Below, in pieces: positions 12,286 to 26,946 of a stretch of 64,000 nucleotides of DNA. Position 1 is the first letter of the stretch. Every line of letters starts with the position of its first letter. The translations under genes and the position numbers were made by a program. The notes below the pieces were generated by a model. It was given only the letters and a program-made list of their open reading frames with translations. It had not been told where the DNA came from and did no database searches. Source of the stretch: Bispira polyomma (lineage: Eukaryota); contig OZ287754.1 in assembly GCA_965649765.1 (NCBI GenBank), positions 62,868,001 through 62,932,000 of the forward strand. Direction: 5' to 3'.

Positions 12286-12961
12286 AATTCATAACAACTC
12301 CAAAGACCAACATATGCTGGAATCAAAACATCTAGTATACAAGATTCAGATAATTAAATCATATACAGAATGAACCATTGATGTCTCTCATCTCCTCACA
12401 TATATATGTATAAATCTGAAACATATACCTTTAAATATGACCAGTCTTCAGACAAATTTCACTGAAACAACGTTTAAATGACACTGATGTCTCTTTAGAA
12501 GGATAAACCCTAGTAAACAATTGAATACAATTTGTTAATTGACACTCCTACTGACAAAATAATCCTTGCACAGGTGAAGCTTGTTCAATAATTCACGTAC
12601 TTGTCTAACAATTAAGCGTGCAATGTATAATAAATTATGCTATTTAGAAAGCAAGACCACCACTTGTCAAAGCATAAAAGTTGAACATTACAGCTAGTCT
12701 GACATTGAAGGGTAATCATTAAAGATATATAGAAACATCAAGCTATTAACTGAACCAATTACATCGTGTTTGATTTTGATGACACTGCCAAGCAAGTTCA
12801 GCAATTAGACTCTGTAACCAAATTGAAGTTTGCCATCAGATGATACGTGTTTTAATGACAGAATTTTAGGAACACTGGTGACAAGTCACCTAGTTGAGAA
12901 TGTTTTAAGTCAAAGCTTTAATTTCCACATAAAAACCATGGTCAGCCACCAGGATGTTCCT

Positions 12962-13034
12962 TGCCGGAACCCGGGATTGAACCAGGGACCTTTAGATCTT
13001 CAGTCTAACGCTCTCCCAACTGAGCTATTCCGGC
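12962..13034 (-). tRNA. trnF-GAA: tRNA-Phe(GAA)
   Basis: consensus copy. Confidence 0.93.
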
Positions 13035-13273
13035 TGACAATTAAAACTGTCTTACATCATTTGACATAAAGCACCTTAGTTTGGATCCACCTTGGGTTGA
13101 CCAAAAGAGCTTCAAACATCAGTATCTGGTGGCACACTTCAGTTTTATTGGTGTAAAAGCTAACAGACAATGAATAAGACTGATTATTGTGTCGGAATTG
13201 ATGATATTTAAGATTCAATTTGCTTTCTTGATACCGTTTCATAGTATTGGCTAGTAGCCCAATAAAATAACAC

Positions 13274-13367
13274 CAACTCTGGTGGGACTCGAACCCACAG
13301 CCTCCGAATACCCTATTTGCAATCACTTTCTAGAAGTCCGACGCGCTATCCATTGCGCCACAGAGTC
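13274..13367 (-). tRNA. trnR-TCT: tRNA-Arg(TCT) with intron
   Basis: consensus copy. Confidence 0.92.
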
Positions 13368-14043
13368 AATTCATAACAACTCCAAAGACCAACATATGCT
13401 GGAATCAAAACATCTAGTATACAAGATTCAGATAATTAAATCATATACAGAATGAACCATTGATGTCTCTCATCTCCTCACATATATATGTATAAATCTG
13501 AAACATATACCTTTAAATATGACCAGTCTTCAGACAAATTTCACTGAAACAACGTTTAAATGACACTGATGTCTCTTTAGAAGGATAAACCCTAGTAAAC
13601 AATTGAATACAATTTGTTAATTGACACTCCTACTGACAAAATAATCCTTGCACAGGTGAAGCTTGTTCAATAATTCACGTACTTGTCTAACAATTAAGCG
13701 TGCAATGTATAATAAATTATGCTATTTAGAAAGCAAGACCACCACTTGTCAAAGCATAAAAGTTGAACATTACAGCTAGTCTGACATTGAAGGGTAATCA
13801 TTAAAGATATATAGAAACATCAAGCTATTAACTGAACCAATTACATCGTGTTTGATTTTGATGACACTGCCAAGCAAGTTCAGCAATTAGACTCTGTAAC
13901 CAAATTGAAGTTTGCCATCAGATGATACGTGTTTTAATGACAGAATTTTAGGAACACTGGTGACAAGTCACCTAGTTGAGAATGTTTTAAGTCAAAGCTT
14001 TAATTTCCACATAAAAACCATGGTCAGCCACCAGGATGTTCCT

Positions 14044-14116
14044 TGCCGGAACCCGGGATTGAACCAGGGACCTTTAGATCTTCAGTCTAACGCTCTCCCA
14101 ACTGAGCTATTCCGGC
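14044..14116 (-). tRNA. trnF-GAA: tRNA-Phe(GAA)
   Basis: consensus copy. Confidence 0.93.
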
Positions 14117-14355
14117 TGACAATTAAAACTGTCTTACATCATTTGACATAAAGCACCTTAGTTTGGATCCACCTTGGGTTGACCAAAAGAGCTTCAAACA
14201 TCAGTATCTGGTGGCACACTTCAGTTTTATTGGTGTAAAAGCTAACAGACAATGAATAAGACTGATTATTGTGTCGGAATTGATGATATTTAAGATTCAA
14301 TTTGCTTTCTTGATACCGTTTCATAGTATTGGCTAGTAGCCCAATAAAATAACAC

Positions 14356-14449
14356 CAACTCTGGTGGGACTCGAACCCACAGCCTCCGAATACCCTATTT
14401 GCAATCACTTTCTAGAAGTCCGACGCGCTATCCATTGCGCCACAGAGTC
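14356..14449 (-). tRNA. trnR-TCT: tRNA-Arg(TCT) with intron
   Basis: consensus copy. Confidence 0.92.
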
Positions 14450-15125
14450 AATTCATAACAACTCCAAAGACCAACATATGCTGGAATCAAAACATCTAGT
14501 ATACAAGATTCAGATAATTAAATCATATACAGAATGAACCATTGATGTCTCTCATCTCCTCACATATATATGTATAAATCTGAAACATATACCTTTAAAT
14601 ATGACCAGTCTTCAGACAAATTTCACTGAAACAACGTTTAAATGACACTGATGTCTCTTTAGAAGGATAAACCCTAGTAAACAATTGAATACAATTTGTT
14701 AATTGACACTCCTACTGACAAAATAATCCTTGCACAGGTGAAGCTTGTTCAATAATTCACGTACTTGTCTAACAATTAAGCGTGCAATGTATAATAAATT
14801 ATGCTATTTAGAAAGCAAGACCACCACTTGTCAAAGCATAAAAGTTGAACATTACAGCTAGTCTGACATTGAAGGGTAATCATTAAAGATATATAGAAAC
14901 ATCAAGCTATTAACTGAACCAATTACATCGTGTTTGATTTTGATGACACTGCCAAGCAAGTTCAGCAATTAGACTCTGTAACCAAATTGAAGTTTGCCAT
15001 CCGATGATACGTGTTTTAATGACAGAATTTTAGGAACACTGGTGACAAGTCACCTAGTTGAGAATGTTTTAAGTCAAAGCTTTAATTTCCACATAAAAAC
15101 CATGGTCAGCCACCAGGATGTTCCT

Positions 15126-15198
15126 TGCCGGAACCCGGGATTGAACCAGGGACCTTTAGATCTTCAGTCTAACGCTCTCCCAACTGAGCTATTCCGGC
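15126..15198 (-). tRNA. trnF-GAA: tRNA-Phe(GAA)
   Basis: consensus copy. Confidence 0.93.
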
Positions 15199-15437
15199 TG
15201 ACAATTAAAACTGTCTTACATCATTTGACATAAAGCACCTTAGTTTGGATCCACCTTGGGTTGACCAAAAGAGCTTCAAACATCAGTATCTGGTGGCACA
15301 CTTCAGTTTTATTGGTGTAAAAGCTAACAGACAATGAATAAGACTGATTATTGTGTCGGAATTGATGATATTTAAGATTCAATTTGCTTTCTTGATACCG
15401 TTTCATAGTATTGGCTAGTAGCCCAATAAAATAACAC

Positions 15438-15531
15438 CAACTCTGGTGGGACTCGAACCCACAGCCTCCGAATACCCTATTTGCAATCACTTTCTAGAAG
15501 TCCGACGCGCTATCCATTGCGCCACAGAGTC
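15438..15531 (-). tRNA. trnR-TCT: tRNA-Arg(TCT) with intron
   Basis: consensus copy. Confidence 0.92.
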
Positions 15532-16722
15532 AACTCATAACAACTCCAAAGACCAACATATGCTGGAATCAAAACATCTAGTATACAAGATTCAGATAAT
15601 TAAATCATATACAGAATGAACCATTGATGTCTCTCATCTCCTCACATATATATGTATAAATCTGAAACATATACCTTTAAATATGACCAGTCTTCAGACA
15701 AATTTCACTGAAACAATGTTTAAATGACACTGATGTCTCTTTAGAAGGATAAACCCTAGTAAACAATTGAATACAATTTGTTAATTGACACTCCTACTGA
15801 CAAAATAATCCTTGCACAGGTGAAGCTTGTTCAATAATTCACGTACTTGTCTAACAATTAAGCGTGCAATGTATAATAAATTATGCTATTTAGAAAACAA
15901 GACCACTACTTGTCAAAGCATAAAATTTGAACATTACAGCTAGTCTGACATTGAAGGGTAATCATTAAAGATATATAGAAACATCAAGCTATTAACTGAA
16001 CCAATTACATCGTGTTTGATTTTGATGAAACTGCCAAGCAAGTTCAGCAATTAGACTCTGTAACCAAATTGAAGTTTGCCATCAGATGATACGTGTTTTA
16101 ATGACAGAATTTTAGGAAATCATATACAGAATGAACCATTGATGTCTCTCATCTCCTCACATATATATGTATAAATCTGAAACATATACCTTTAAATATG
16201 ACCAGTCTTCAGACAAATTTCACTGAAACAATGTTTAAATGACACTGATGTCTCTTTAGAAGGATAAACCCTAGTAAACAATTGAATACAATTTGTTAAT
16301 TGACACTCCTACTGACAAAATAATCCTTGCACAGGTGAAGCTTGTTCAATAATTCACGTACTTGTCTAACAATTAAGCGTGCAATGTATAATAAATTATG
16401 CTATTTAGAAAGCAAGACCACCACTTGTCAAAGCATAAAAGTTGAACATTACAGCTAGTCTGACATTGAAGGGTAATCATTAAAGATATATAGAAACATC
16501 AAGCTATTAACTGAACCAATTACATCGTGTTTGATTTTGATGACACTGCCAAGCAAGTTCAGCAATTAGACTCTGTAACCAAATTGAAGTTTGCCATCAG
16601 ATGATACGTGTTTTAATGACAGAATTTTAGGAACACTGGTGACAAGTCACCTAGTTGAGAATGTTTTAAGTCAAAGCTTTAATTTCCACATAAAAACCAT
16701 GGTCAGCCACCAGGATGTTCCT

Positions 16723-16795
16723 TGCCGGAACCCGGGATTGAACCAGGGACCTTTAGATCTTCAGTCTAACGCTCTCCCAACTGAGCTATTCCGGC
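16723..16795 (-). tRNA. trnF-GAA: tRNA-Phe(GAA)
   Basis: consensus copy. Confidence 0.93.
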
Positions 16796-17034
16796 TGACA
16801 ATTAAAACTGTCTTACATCATTTGACATAAAGCACCTTAGTTTGGATCCACCTTGGGTTGACCAAAAGAGCTTCAAACATCAGTATCTGGTGGCACACTT
16901 CAGTTTTATTGGTGTAAAAGCTAACAGACAATGAATAAGACTGATTATTGTGTCGGAATTGATGATATTTAAGATTCAATTTGCTTTCTTGATACCGTTT
17001 CATAGTATTGGCTAGTAGCCCAATAAAATAACAC

Positions 17035-17128
17035 CAACTCTGGTGGGACTCGAACCCACAGCCTCCGAATACCCTATTTGCAATCACTTTCTAGAAGTCC
17101 GACGCGCTATCCATTGCGCCACAGAGTC
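17035..17128 (-). tRNA. trnR-TCT: tRNA-Arg(TCT) with intron
   Basis: consensus copy. Confidence 0.92.
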
Positions 17129-17804
17129 AATTCATAACAACTCCAAAGACCAACATATGCTGGAATCAAAACATCTAGTATACAAGATTCAGATAATTAA
17201 ATCATATACAGAATGAACCATTGATGTCTCTCATCTCCTCACATATATATGTATAAATCTGAAACATATACCTTTAAATATGACCAGTCTTCAGACAAAT
17301 TTCACTGAAACAATGTTTAAATGACACTGATGTCTCTTTAGAAGGATAAACCCTAGTAAACAATTGAATACAATTTGTTAATTGACACTCCTACTGACAA
17401 AATAATCCTTGCACAGGTGAAGCTTGTTCAATAATTCACGTACTTGTCTAACAATTAAGCGTGCAATGTATAATAAATTATGCTATTTAGAAAGCAAGAC
17501 CACCACTTGTCAAAGCATAAAAGTTGAACATTACAGCTAGTCTGACATTGAAGGGTAATCATTAAAGATATATAGAAACATCAAGCTATTAACTGAACCA
17601 ATTACATCGTGTTTGATTTTGATGACACTGCCAAGCAAGTTCAGCAATTAGACTCTGTAACCAAATTGAAGTTTGCCATCAGATGATACGTGTTTTAATG
17701 ACAGAATTTTAGGAACACTGGTGACAAGTCACCTAGTTGAGAATGTTTTAAGTCAAAGCTTTAATTTCCACATAAAAACCATGGTCAGCCACCAGGATGT
17801 TCCT

Positions 17805-17877
17805 TGCCGGAACCCGGGATTGAACCAGGGACCTTTAGATCTTCAGTCTAACGCTCTCCCAACTGAGCTATTCCGGC
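17805..17877 (-). tRNA. trnF-GAA: tRNA-Phe(GAA)
   Basis: consensus copy. Confidence 0.93.
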
Positions 17878-18116
17878 TGACAATTAAAACTGTCTTACAT
17901 CATTTGACATAAAGCACCTTAGTTTGGATCCACCTTGGGTTGACCAAAAGAGCTTCAAACATCAGTATCTGGTGGCACACTTCAGTTTTATTGGTGTAAA
18001 AGCTAACAGACAATGAATAAGACTGATTATTGTGTCGGAATTGATGATATTTAAGATTCAATTTGCTTTCTTGATACCGTTTCATAGTATTGGCTAGTAG
18101 CCCAATAAAATAACAC

Positions 18117-18210
18117 CAACTCTGGTGGGACTCGAACCCACAGCCTCCGAATACCCTATTTGCAATCACTTTCTAGAAGTCCGACGCGCTATCCATTGCG
18201 CCACAGAGTC
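18117..18210 (-). tRNA. trnR-TCT: tRNA-Arg(TCT) with intron
   Basis: consensus copy. Confidence 0.92.
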
Positions 18211-18886
18211 AATTCATAACAACTCCAAAGACCAACATATGCTGGAATCAAAACATCTAGTATACAAGATTCAGATAATTAAATCATATACAGAATGAAC
18301 CATTGATGTCTCTCATCTCCTCACATATATATGTATAAATCTGAAACATATACCTTTAAATATGACCAGTCTTCAGACAAATTTCACTGAAACAACGTTT
18401 AAATGACACTGATGTCTCTTTAGAAGGATAAACCCTAGTAAACAATTGAATACAATTTGTTAATTGACACTCCTACTGACAAAATAATCCTTGCACAGGT
18501 GAAGCTTGTTCAATAATTCACGTACTTGTCTAACAATTAAGCGTGCAATGTATAATAAATTATGCTATTTAGAAAGCAAGACCACCACTTGTCAAAGCAT
18601 AAAAGTTGAACATTACAGCTAGTCTGACATTGAAGGGTAATCATTAAAGATATATAGAAACATCAAGCTATTAACTGAACCAATTACATCGTGTTTGATT
18701 TTGATGACACTGCCAAGCAAGTTCAGCAATTAGACTCTGTAACCAAATTGAAGTTTGCCATCCGATGATACGTGTTTTAATGACAGAATTTTAGGAACAC
18801 TGGTGACAAGTCACCTAGTTGAGAATGTTTTAAGTCAAAGCTTTAATTTCCACATAAAAACCATGGTCAGCCACCAGGATGTTCCT

Positions 18887-18959
18887 TGCCGGAACCCGGG
18901 ATTGAACCAGGGACCTTTAGATCTTCAGTCTAACGCTCTCCCAACTGAGCTATTCCGGC
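18887..18959 (-). tRNA. trnF-GAA: tRNA-Phe(GAA)
   Basis: consensus copy. Confidence 0.93.
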
Positions 18960-19198
18960 TGACAATTAAAACTGTCTTACATCATTTGACATAAAGCACC
19001 TTAGTTTGGATCCACCTTGGGTTGACCAAAAGAGCTTCAAACATCAGTATCTGGTGGCACACTTCAGTTTTATTGGTGTAAAAGCTAACAGACAATGAAT
19101 AAGACTGATTATTGTGTCGGAATTGATGATATTTAAGATTCAATTTGCTTTCTTGATACCGTTTCATAGTATTGGCTAGTAGCCCAATAAAATAACAC

Positions 19199-19292
19199 CA
19201 ACTCTGGTGGGACTCGAACCCACAGCCTCCGAATACCCTATTTGCAATCACTTTCTAGAAGTCCGACGCGCTATCCATTGCGCCACAGAGTC
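19199..19292 (-). tRNA. trnR-TCT: tRNA-Arg(TCT) with intron
   Basis: consensus copy. Confidence 0.92.
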
Positions 19293-20483
19293 AATTCATA
19301 ACAACTCCAAAGACCAACATATGCTGGAATCAAAACATCTAGTATACAAGATTCAGATAATTAAATCATATACAGAATGAACCATTGATGTCTCTCATCT
19401 CCTCACATATATATGTATAAATCTGAAACATATACCTTTAAATATGACCAGTCTTCAGACAAATTTCACTGAAACAATGTTTAAATGACACTGATGTCTC
19501 TTTAGAAGGATAAACCCTAGTAAACAATTGAATACAATTTGTTAATTGACACTCCTACTGACAAAATAATCCTTGCACAGGTGAAGCTTGTTCAATAATT
19601 CACGTACTTGTCTAACAATTAAGCGTGCAATGTATAATAAATTATGCTATTTAGAAAACAAGACCACTACTTGTCAAAGCATAAAATTTGAACATTACAG
19701 CTAGTCTGACATTGAAGGGTAATCATTAAAGATATATAGAAACATCAAGCTATTAACTGAACCAATTACATCGTGTTTGATTTTGATGAAACTGCCAAGC
19801 AAGTTCAGCAATTAGACTCTGTAACCAAATTGAAGTTTGCCATCAGATGATACGTGTTTTAATGACAGAATTTTAGGAAATCATATACAGAATGAACCAT
19901 TGATGTCTCTCATCTCCTCACATATATATGTATAAATCTGAAACATATACCTTTAAATATGACCAGTCTTCAGACAAATTTCACTGAAACAATGTTTAAA
20001 TGACACTGATGTCTCTTTAGAAGGATAAACCCTAGTAAACAATTGAATACAATTTGTTAATTGACACTCCTACTGACAAAATAATCCTTGCACAGGTGAA
20101 GCTTGTTCAATAATTCACGTACTTGTCTAACAATTAAGCGTGCAATGTATAATAAATTATGCTATTTAGAAAGCAAGACCACCACTTGTCAAAGCATAAA
20201 AGTTGAACATTACAGCTAGTCTGACATTGAAGGGTAATCATTAAAGATATATAGAAACATCAAGCTATTAACTGAACCAATTACATCGTGTTTGATTTTG
20301 ATGACACTGCCAAGCAAGTTCAGCAATTAGACTCTGTAACCAAATTGAAGTTTGCCATCAGATGATACGTGTTTTAATGACAGAATTTTAGGAACACTGG
20401 TGACAAGTCACCTAGTTGAGAATGTTTTAAGTCAAAGCTTTAATTTCCACATAAAAACCATGGTCAGCCACCAGGATGTTCCT

Positions 20484-20556
20484 TGCCGGAACCCGGGATT
20501 GAACCAGGGACCTTTAGATCTTCAGTCTAACGCTCTCCCAACTGAGCTATTCCGGC
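20484..20556 (-). tRNA. trnF-GAA: tRNA-Phe(GAA)
   Basis: consensus copy. Confidence 0.93.
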
Positions 20557-20795
20557 TGACAATTAAAACTGTCTTACATCATTTGACATAAAGCACCTTA
20601 GTTTGGATCCACCTTGGGTTGACCAAAAGAGCTTCAAACATCAGTATCTGGTGGCACACTTCAGTTTTATTGGTGTAAAAGCTAACAGACAATGAATAAG
20701 ACTGATTATTGTGTCGGAATTGATGATATTTAAGATTCAATTTGCTTTCTTGATACCGTTTCATAGTATTGGCTAGTAGCCCAATAAAATAACAC

Positions 20796-20889
20796 CAACT
20801 CTGGTGGGACTCGAACCCACAGCCTCCGAATACCCTATTTGCAATCACTTTCTAGAAGTCCGACGCGCTATCCATTGCGCCACAGAGTC
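20796..20889 (-). tRNA. trnR-TCT: tRNA-Arg(TCT) with intron
   Basis: consensus copy. Confidence 0.92.
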
Positions 20890-22080
20890 AATTCATAACA
20901 ACTCCAAAGACCAACATATGCTGGAATCAAAACATCTAGTATACAAGATTCAGATAATTAAATCATATACAGAATGAACCATTGATGTCTCTCATCTCCT
21001 CACATATATATGTATAAATCTGAAACATATACCTTTAAATATGACCAGTCTTCAGACAAATTTCACTGAAACAATGTTTAAATGACACTGATGTCTCTTT
21101 AGAAGGATAAACCCTAGTAAACAATTGAATACAATTTGTTAATTGACACTCCTACTGACAAAATAATCCTTGCACAGGTGAAGCTTGTTCAATAATTCAC
21201 GTACTTGTCTAACAATTAAGCGTGCAATGTATAATAAATTATGCTATTTAGAAAACAAGACCACTACTTGTCAAAGCATAAAATTTGAACATTACAGCTA
21301 GTCTGACATTGAAGGGTAATCATTAAAGATATATAGAAACATCAAGCTATTAACTGAACCAATTACATCGTGTTTGATTTTGATGAAACTGCCAAGCAAG
21401 TTCAGCAATTAGACTCTGTAACCAAATTGAAGTTTGCCATCAGATGATACGTGTTTTAATGACAGAATTTTAGGAAATCATATACAGAATGAACCATTGA
21501 TGTCTCTCATCTCCTCACATATATATGTATAAATCTGAAACATATACCTTTAAATATGACCAGTCTTCAGACAAATTTCACTGAAACAATGTTTAAATGA
21601 CACTGATGTCTCTTTAGAAGGATAAACCCTAGTAAACAATTGAATACAATTTGTTAATTGACACTCCTACTGACAAAATAATCCTTGCACAGGTGAAGCT
21701 TGTTCAATAATTCACGTACTTGTCTAACAATTAAGCGTGCAATGTATAATAAATTATGCTATTTAGAAAGCAAGACCACCACTTGTCAAAGCATAAAAGT
21801 TGAACATTACAGCTAGTCTGACATTGAAGGGTAATCATTAAAGATATATAGAAACATCAAGCTATTAACTGAACCAATTACATCGTGTTTGATTTTGATG
21901 ACACTGCCAAGCAAGTTCAGCAATTAGACTCTGTAACCAAATTGAAGTTTGCCATCAGATGATACGTGTTTTAATGACAGAATTTTAGGAACACTGGTGA
22001 CAAGTCACCTAGTTGAGAATGTTTTAAGTCAAAGCTTTAATTTCCACATAAAAACCATGGTCAGCCACCAGGATGTTCCT

Positions 22081-22153
22081 TGCCGGAACCCGGGATTGAA
22101 CCAGGGACCTTTAGATCTTCAGTCTAACGCTCTCCCAACTGAGCTATTCCGGC
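22081..22153 (-). tRNA. trnF-GAA: tRNA-Phe(GAA)
   Basis: consensus copy. Confidence 0.93.
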
Positions 22154-22392
22154 TGACAATTAAAACTGTCTTACATCATTTGACATAAAGCACCTTAGTT
22201 TGGATCCACCTTGGGTTGACCAAAAGAGCTTCAAACATCAGTATCTGGTGGCACACTTCAGTTTTATTGGTGTAAAAGCTAACAGACAATGAATAAGACT
22301 GATTATTGTGTCGGAATTGATGATATTTAAGATTCAATTTGCTTTCTTGATACCGTTTCATAGTATTGGCTAGTAGCCCAATAAAATAACAC

Positions 22393-22486
22393 CAACTCTG
22401 GTGGGACTCGAACCCACAGCCTCCGAATACCCTATTTGCAATCACTTTCTAGAAGTCCAACGCGCTATCCATTGCGCCACAGAGTC
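22393..22486 (-). tRNA. trnR-TCT: tRNA-Arg(TCT) with intron, C28T variant
   Basis: gtccaacg, variant base at 22459. Confidence 0.82.
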
Positions 22487-23677
22487 AATTCATAACAACT
22501 CCAAAGACCAACATATGCTGGAATCAAAACATCTAGTATACAAGATTCAGATAATTAAATCATATACAGAATGAACCATTGATGTCTCTCATCTCCTCAC
22601 ATATATATGTATAAATCTGAAACATATACCTTTAAATATGACCAGTCTTCAGACAAATTTCACTGAAACAATGTTTAAATGACACTGATGTCTCTTTAGA
22701 AGGATAAACCCTAGTAAACAATTGAATACAATTTGTTAATTGACACTCCTACTGACAAAATAATCCTTGCACAGGTGAAGCTTGTTCAATAATTCACGTA
22801 CTTGTCTAACAATTAAGCGTGCAATGTATAATAAATTATGCTATTTAGAAAACAAGACCACTACTTGTCAAAGCATAAAATTTGAACATTACAGCTAGTC
22901 TGACATTGAAGGGTAATCATTAAAGATATATAGAAACATCAAGCTATTAACTGAACCAATTACATCGTGTTTGATTTTGATGAAACTGCCAAGCAAGTTC
23001 AGCAATTAGACTCTGTAACCAAATTGAAGTTTGCCATCAGATGATACGTGTTTTAATGACAGAATTTTAGGAAATCATATACAGAATGAACCATTGATGT
23101 CTCTCATCTCCTCAAATATATATGTATAAATCTGAAACATATACCTTTAAATATGACCAGTCTTCAGACAAATTTCACTGAAACAATGTTTAAATGACAC
23201 TGATGTCTCTTTAGAAGGATAAACCCTAGTAAACAATTGAATACAATTTGTTAATTGACACTCCTACTGACAAAATAATCCTTGCACAGGTGAAGCTTGT
23301 TCAATAATTCACGTACTTGTCTAACAATTAAGCGTGCAATGTATAATAAATTATGCTATTTAGAAAGCAAGACCACCACTTGTCAAAGCATAAAAGTTGA
23401 ACATTACAGCTAGTCTGACATTGAAGGGTAATCATTAAAGATATATAGAAACATCAAGCTATTAACTGAACCAATTACATCGTGTTTGATTTTGATGACA
23501 CTGCCAAGCAAGTTCAGCAATTAGACTCTGTAACCAAATTGAAGTTTGCCATCAGATGATACGTGTTTTAATGACAGAATTTTAGGAACACTGGTGACAA
23601 GTCACCTAGTTGAGAATGTTTTAAGTCAAAGCTTTAATTTCCACATAAAAACCATGGTCAGCCACCAGGATGTTCCT

Positions 23678-23750
23678 TGCCGGAACCCGGGATTGAACCA
23701 GGGACCTTTAGATCTTCAGTCTAACGCTCTCCCAACTGAGCTATTCCGGC
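23678..23750 (-). tRNA. trnF-GAA: tRNA-Phe(GAA)
   Basis: consensus copy. Confidence 0.93.
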
Positions 23751-23991
23751 TGACAATTAAAACTGTCTTACATCATTTGACATAAAGCACCTTAGTTTGG
23801 ATCCACCTTGGGTTGACCAAAAGAGCTTCAAACATCAGTATCTGGTGGCACACTTCAGTTTTATTGGTGTAAAAGCTAACAGACAATGAATAAGACTGAT
23901 TATTGTGTCGGAATTGATGATATTTAAGATTCAATTTGCTTTCTTGATACCGTTTCATAGTATTGGCTATGTTAGCCCAATAAAATAACAC

Positions 23992-24085
23992 CAACTCTGG
24001 TGGGACTCGAACCCACAGCCTCCGAATACCCTATTTGCAATCACTTTCTAGAAGTCCGACGCGCTATCCATTGCGCCACAGAGTC
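23992..24085 (-). tRNA. trnR-TCT: tRNA-Arg(TCT) with intron
   Basis: consensus copy (flank has a +2 indel). Confidence 0.92.
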
Positions 24086-25276
24086 AATTCATAACAACTC
24101 CAAAGACCAACATATGCTGGAATCAAAACATCTAGTATACAAGATTCAGATAATTAAATCATATACAGAATGAACCATTGATGTCTCTCATCTCCTCACA
24201 TATATATGTATAAATCTGAAACATATACCTTTAAATATGACCAGTCTTCAGACAAATTTCACTGAAACAATGTTTAAATGACACTGATGTCTCTTTAGAA
24301 GGATAAACCCTAGTAAACAATTGAATACAATTTGTTAATTGACACTCCTACTGACAAAATAATCCTTGCACAGGTGAAGCTTGTTCAATAATTCACGTAC
24401 TTGTCTAACAATTAAGCGTGCAATGTATAATAAATTATGCTATTTAGAAAACAAGACCACTACTTGTCAAAGCATAAAATTTGAACATTACAGCTAGTCT
24501 GACATTGAAGGGTAATCATTAAAGATATATAGAAACATCAAGCTATTAACTGAACCAATTACATCGTGTTTGATTTTGATGAAACTGCCAAGCAAGTTCA
24601 GCAATTAGACTCTGTAACCAAATTGAAGTTTGCCATCAGATGATACGTGTTTTAATGACAGAATTTTAGGAAATCATATACAGAATGAACCATTGATGTC
24701 TCTCATCTCCTCACATATATATGTATAAATCTGAAACATATACCTTTAAATATGACCAGTCTTCAGACAAATTTCACTGAAACAATGTTTAAATGACACT
24801 GATGTCTCTTTAGAAGGATAAACCCTAGTAAACAATTGAATACAATTTGTTAATTGACACTCCTACTGACAAAATAATCCTTGCACAGGTGAAGCTTGTT
24901 CAATAATTCACGTACTTGTCTAACAATTAAGCGTGCAATGTATAATAAATTATGCTATTTAGAAAGCAAGACCACCACTTGTCAAAGCATAAAAGTTGAA
25001 CATTACAGCTAGTCTGACATTGAAGGGTAATCATTAAAGATATATAGAAACATCAAGCTATTAACTGAACCAATTACATCGTGTTTGATTTTGATGACAC
25101 TGCCAAGCAAGTTCAGCAATTAGACTCTGTAACCAAATTGAAGTTTGCCATCAGATGATACGTGTTTTAATGACAGAATTTTAGGAACACTGGTGACAAG
25201 TCACCTAGTTGAGAATGTTTTAAGTCAAAGCTTTAATTTCCACATAAAAACCATGGTCAGCCACCAGGATGTTCCT

Positions 25277-25349
25277 TGCCGGAACCCGGGATTGAACCAG
25301 GGACCTTTAGATCTTCAGTCTAACGCTCTCCCAACTGAGCTATTCCGGC
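25277..25349 (-). tRNA. trnF-GAA: tRNA-Phe(GAA)
   Basis: consensus copy. Confidence 0.93.
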
Positions 25350-25588
25350 TGACAATTAAAACTGTCTTACATCATTTGACATAAAGCACCTTAGTTTGGA
25401 TCCACCTTGGGTTGACCAAAAGAGCTTCAAACATCAGTATCTGGTGGCACACTTCAGTTTTATTGGTGTAAAAGCTAACAGACAATGAATAAGACTGATT
25501 ATTGTGTCGGAATTGATGATATTTAAGATTCAATTTGCTTTCTTGATACCGTTTCATAGTATTGGCTAGTAGCCCAATAAAATAACAC

Positions 25589-25682
25589 CAACTCTGGTGG
25601 GACTCGAACCCACAGCCTCCGAATACCCTATTTGCAATCACTTTCTAGAAGTCCGACGCGCTATCCATTGCGCCACAGAGTC
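25589..25682 (-). tRNA. trnR-TCT: tRNA-Arg(TCT) with intron
   Basis: consensus copy. Confidence 0.92.
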
Positions 25683-26873
25683 AATTCATAACAACTCCAA
25701 AGACCAACATATGCTGGAATCAAAACATCTAGTATACAAGATTCAGATAATTAAATCATATACAGAATGAACCATTGATGTCTCTCATCTCCTCACATAT
25801 ATATGTATAAATCTGAAACATATACCTTTAAATATGACCAGTCTTCAGACAAATTTCACTGAAACAATGTTTAAATGACACTGATGTCTCTTTAGAAGGA
25901 TAAACCCTAGTAAACAATTGAATACAATTTGTTAATTGACACTCCTACTGACAAAATAATCCTTGCACAGGTGAAGCTTGTTCAATAATTCACGTACTTG
26001 TCTAACAATTAAGCGTGCAATGTATAATAAATTATGCTATTTAGAAAACAAGACCACTACTTGTCAAAGCATAAAATTTGAACATTACAGCTAGTCTGAC
26101 ATTGAAGGGTAATCATTAAAGATATATAGAAACATCAAGCTATTAACTGAACCAATTACATCGTGTTTGATTTTGATGAAACTGCCAAGCAAGTTCAGCA
26201 ATTAGACTCTGTAACCAAATTGAAGTTTGCCATCAGATGATACGTGTTTTAATGACAGAATTTTAGGAAATCATATACAGAATGAACCATTGATGTCTCT
26301 CATCTCCTCACATATATATGTATAAATCTGAAACATATACCTTTAAATATGACCAGTCTTCAGACAAATTTCACTGAAACAATGTTTAAATGACACTGAT
26401 GTCTCTTTAGAAGGATAAACCCTAGTAAACAATTGAATACAATTTGTTAATTGACACTCCTACTGACAAAATAATCCTTGCACAGGTGAAGCTTGTTCAA
26501 TAATTCACGTACTTGTCTAACAATTAAGCGTGCAATGTATAATAAATTATGCTATTTAGAAAGCAAGACCACCACTTGTCAAAGCATAAAAGTTGAACAT
26601 TACAGCTAGTCTGACATTGAAGGGTAATCATTAAAGATATATAGAAACATCAAGCTATTAACTGAACCAATTACATCGTGTTTGATTTTGATGACACTGC
26701 CAAGCAAGTTCAGCAATTAGACTCTGTAACCAAATTGAAGTTTGCCATCAGATGATACGTGTTTTAATGACAGAATTTTAGGAACACTGGTGACAAGTCA
26801 CCTAGTTGAGAATGTTTTAAGTCAAAGCTTTAATTTCCACATAAAAACCATGGTCAGCCACCAGGATGTTCCT

Positions 26874-26946
26874 TGCCGGAACCCGGGATTGAACCAGGGA
26901 CCTTTAGATCTTCAGTCTAACGCTCTCCCAACTGAGCTATTCCGGC
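26874..26946 (-). tRNA. trnF-GAA: tRNA-Phe(GAA)
   Basis: consensus copy. Confidence 0.93.
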
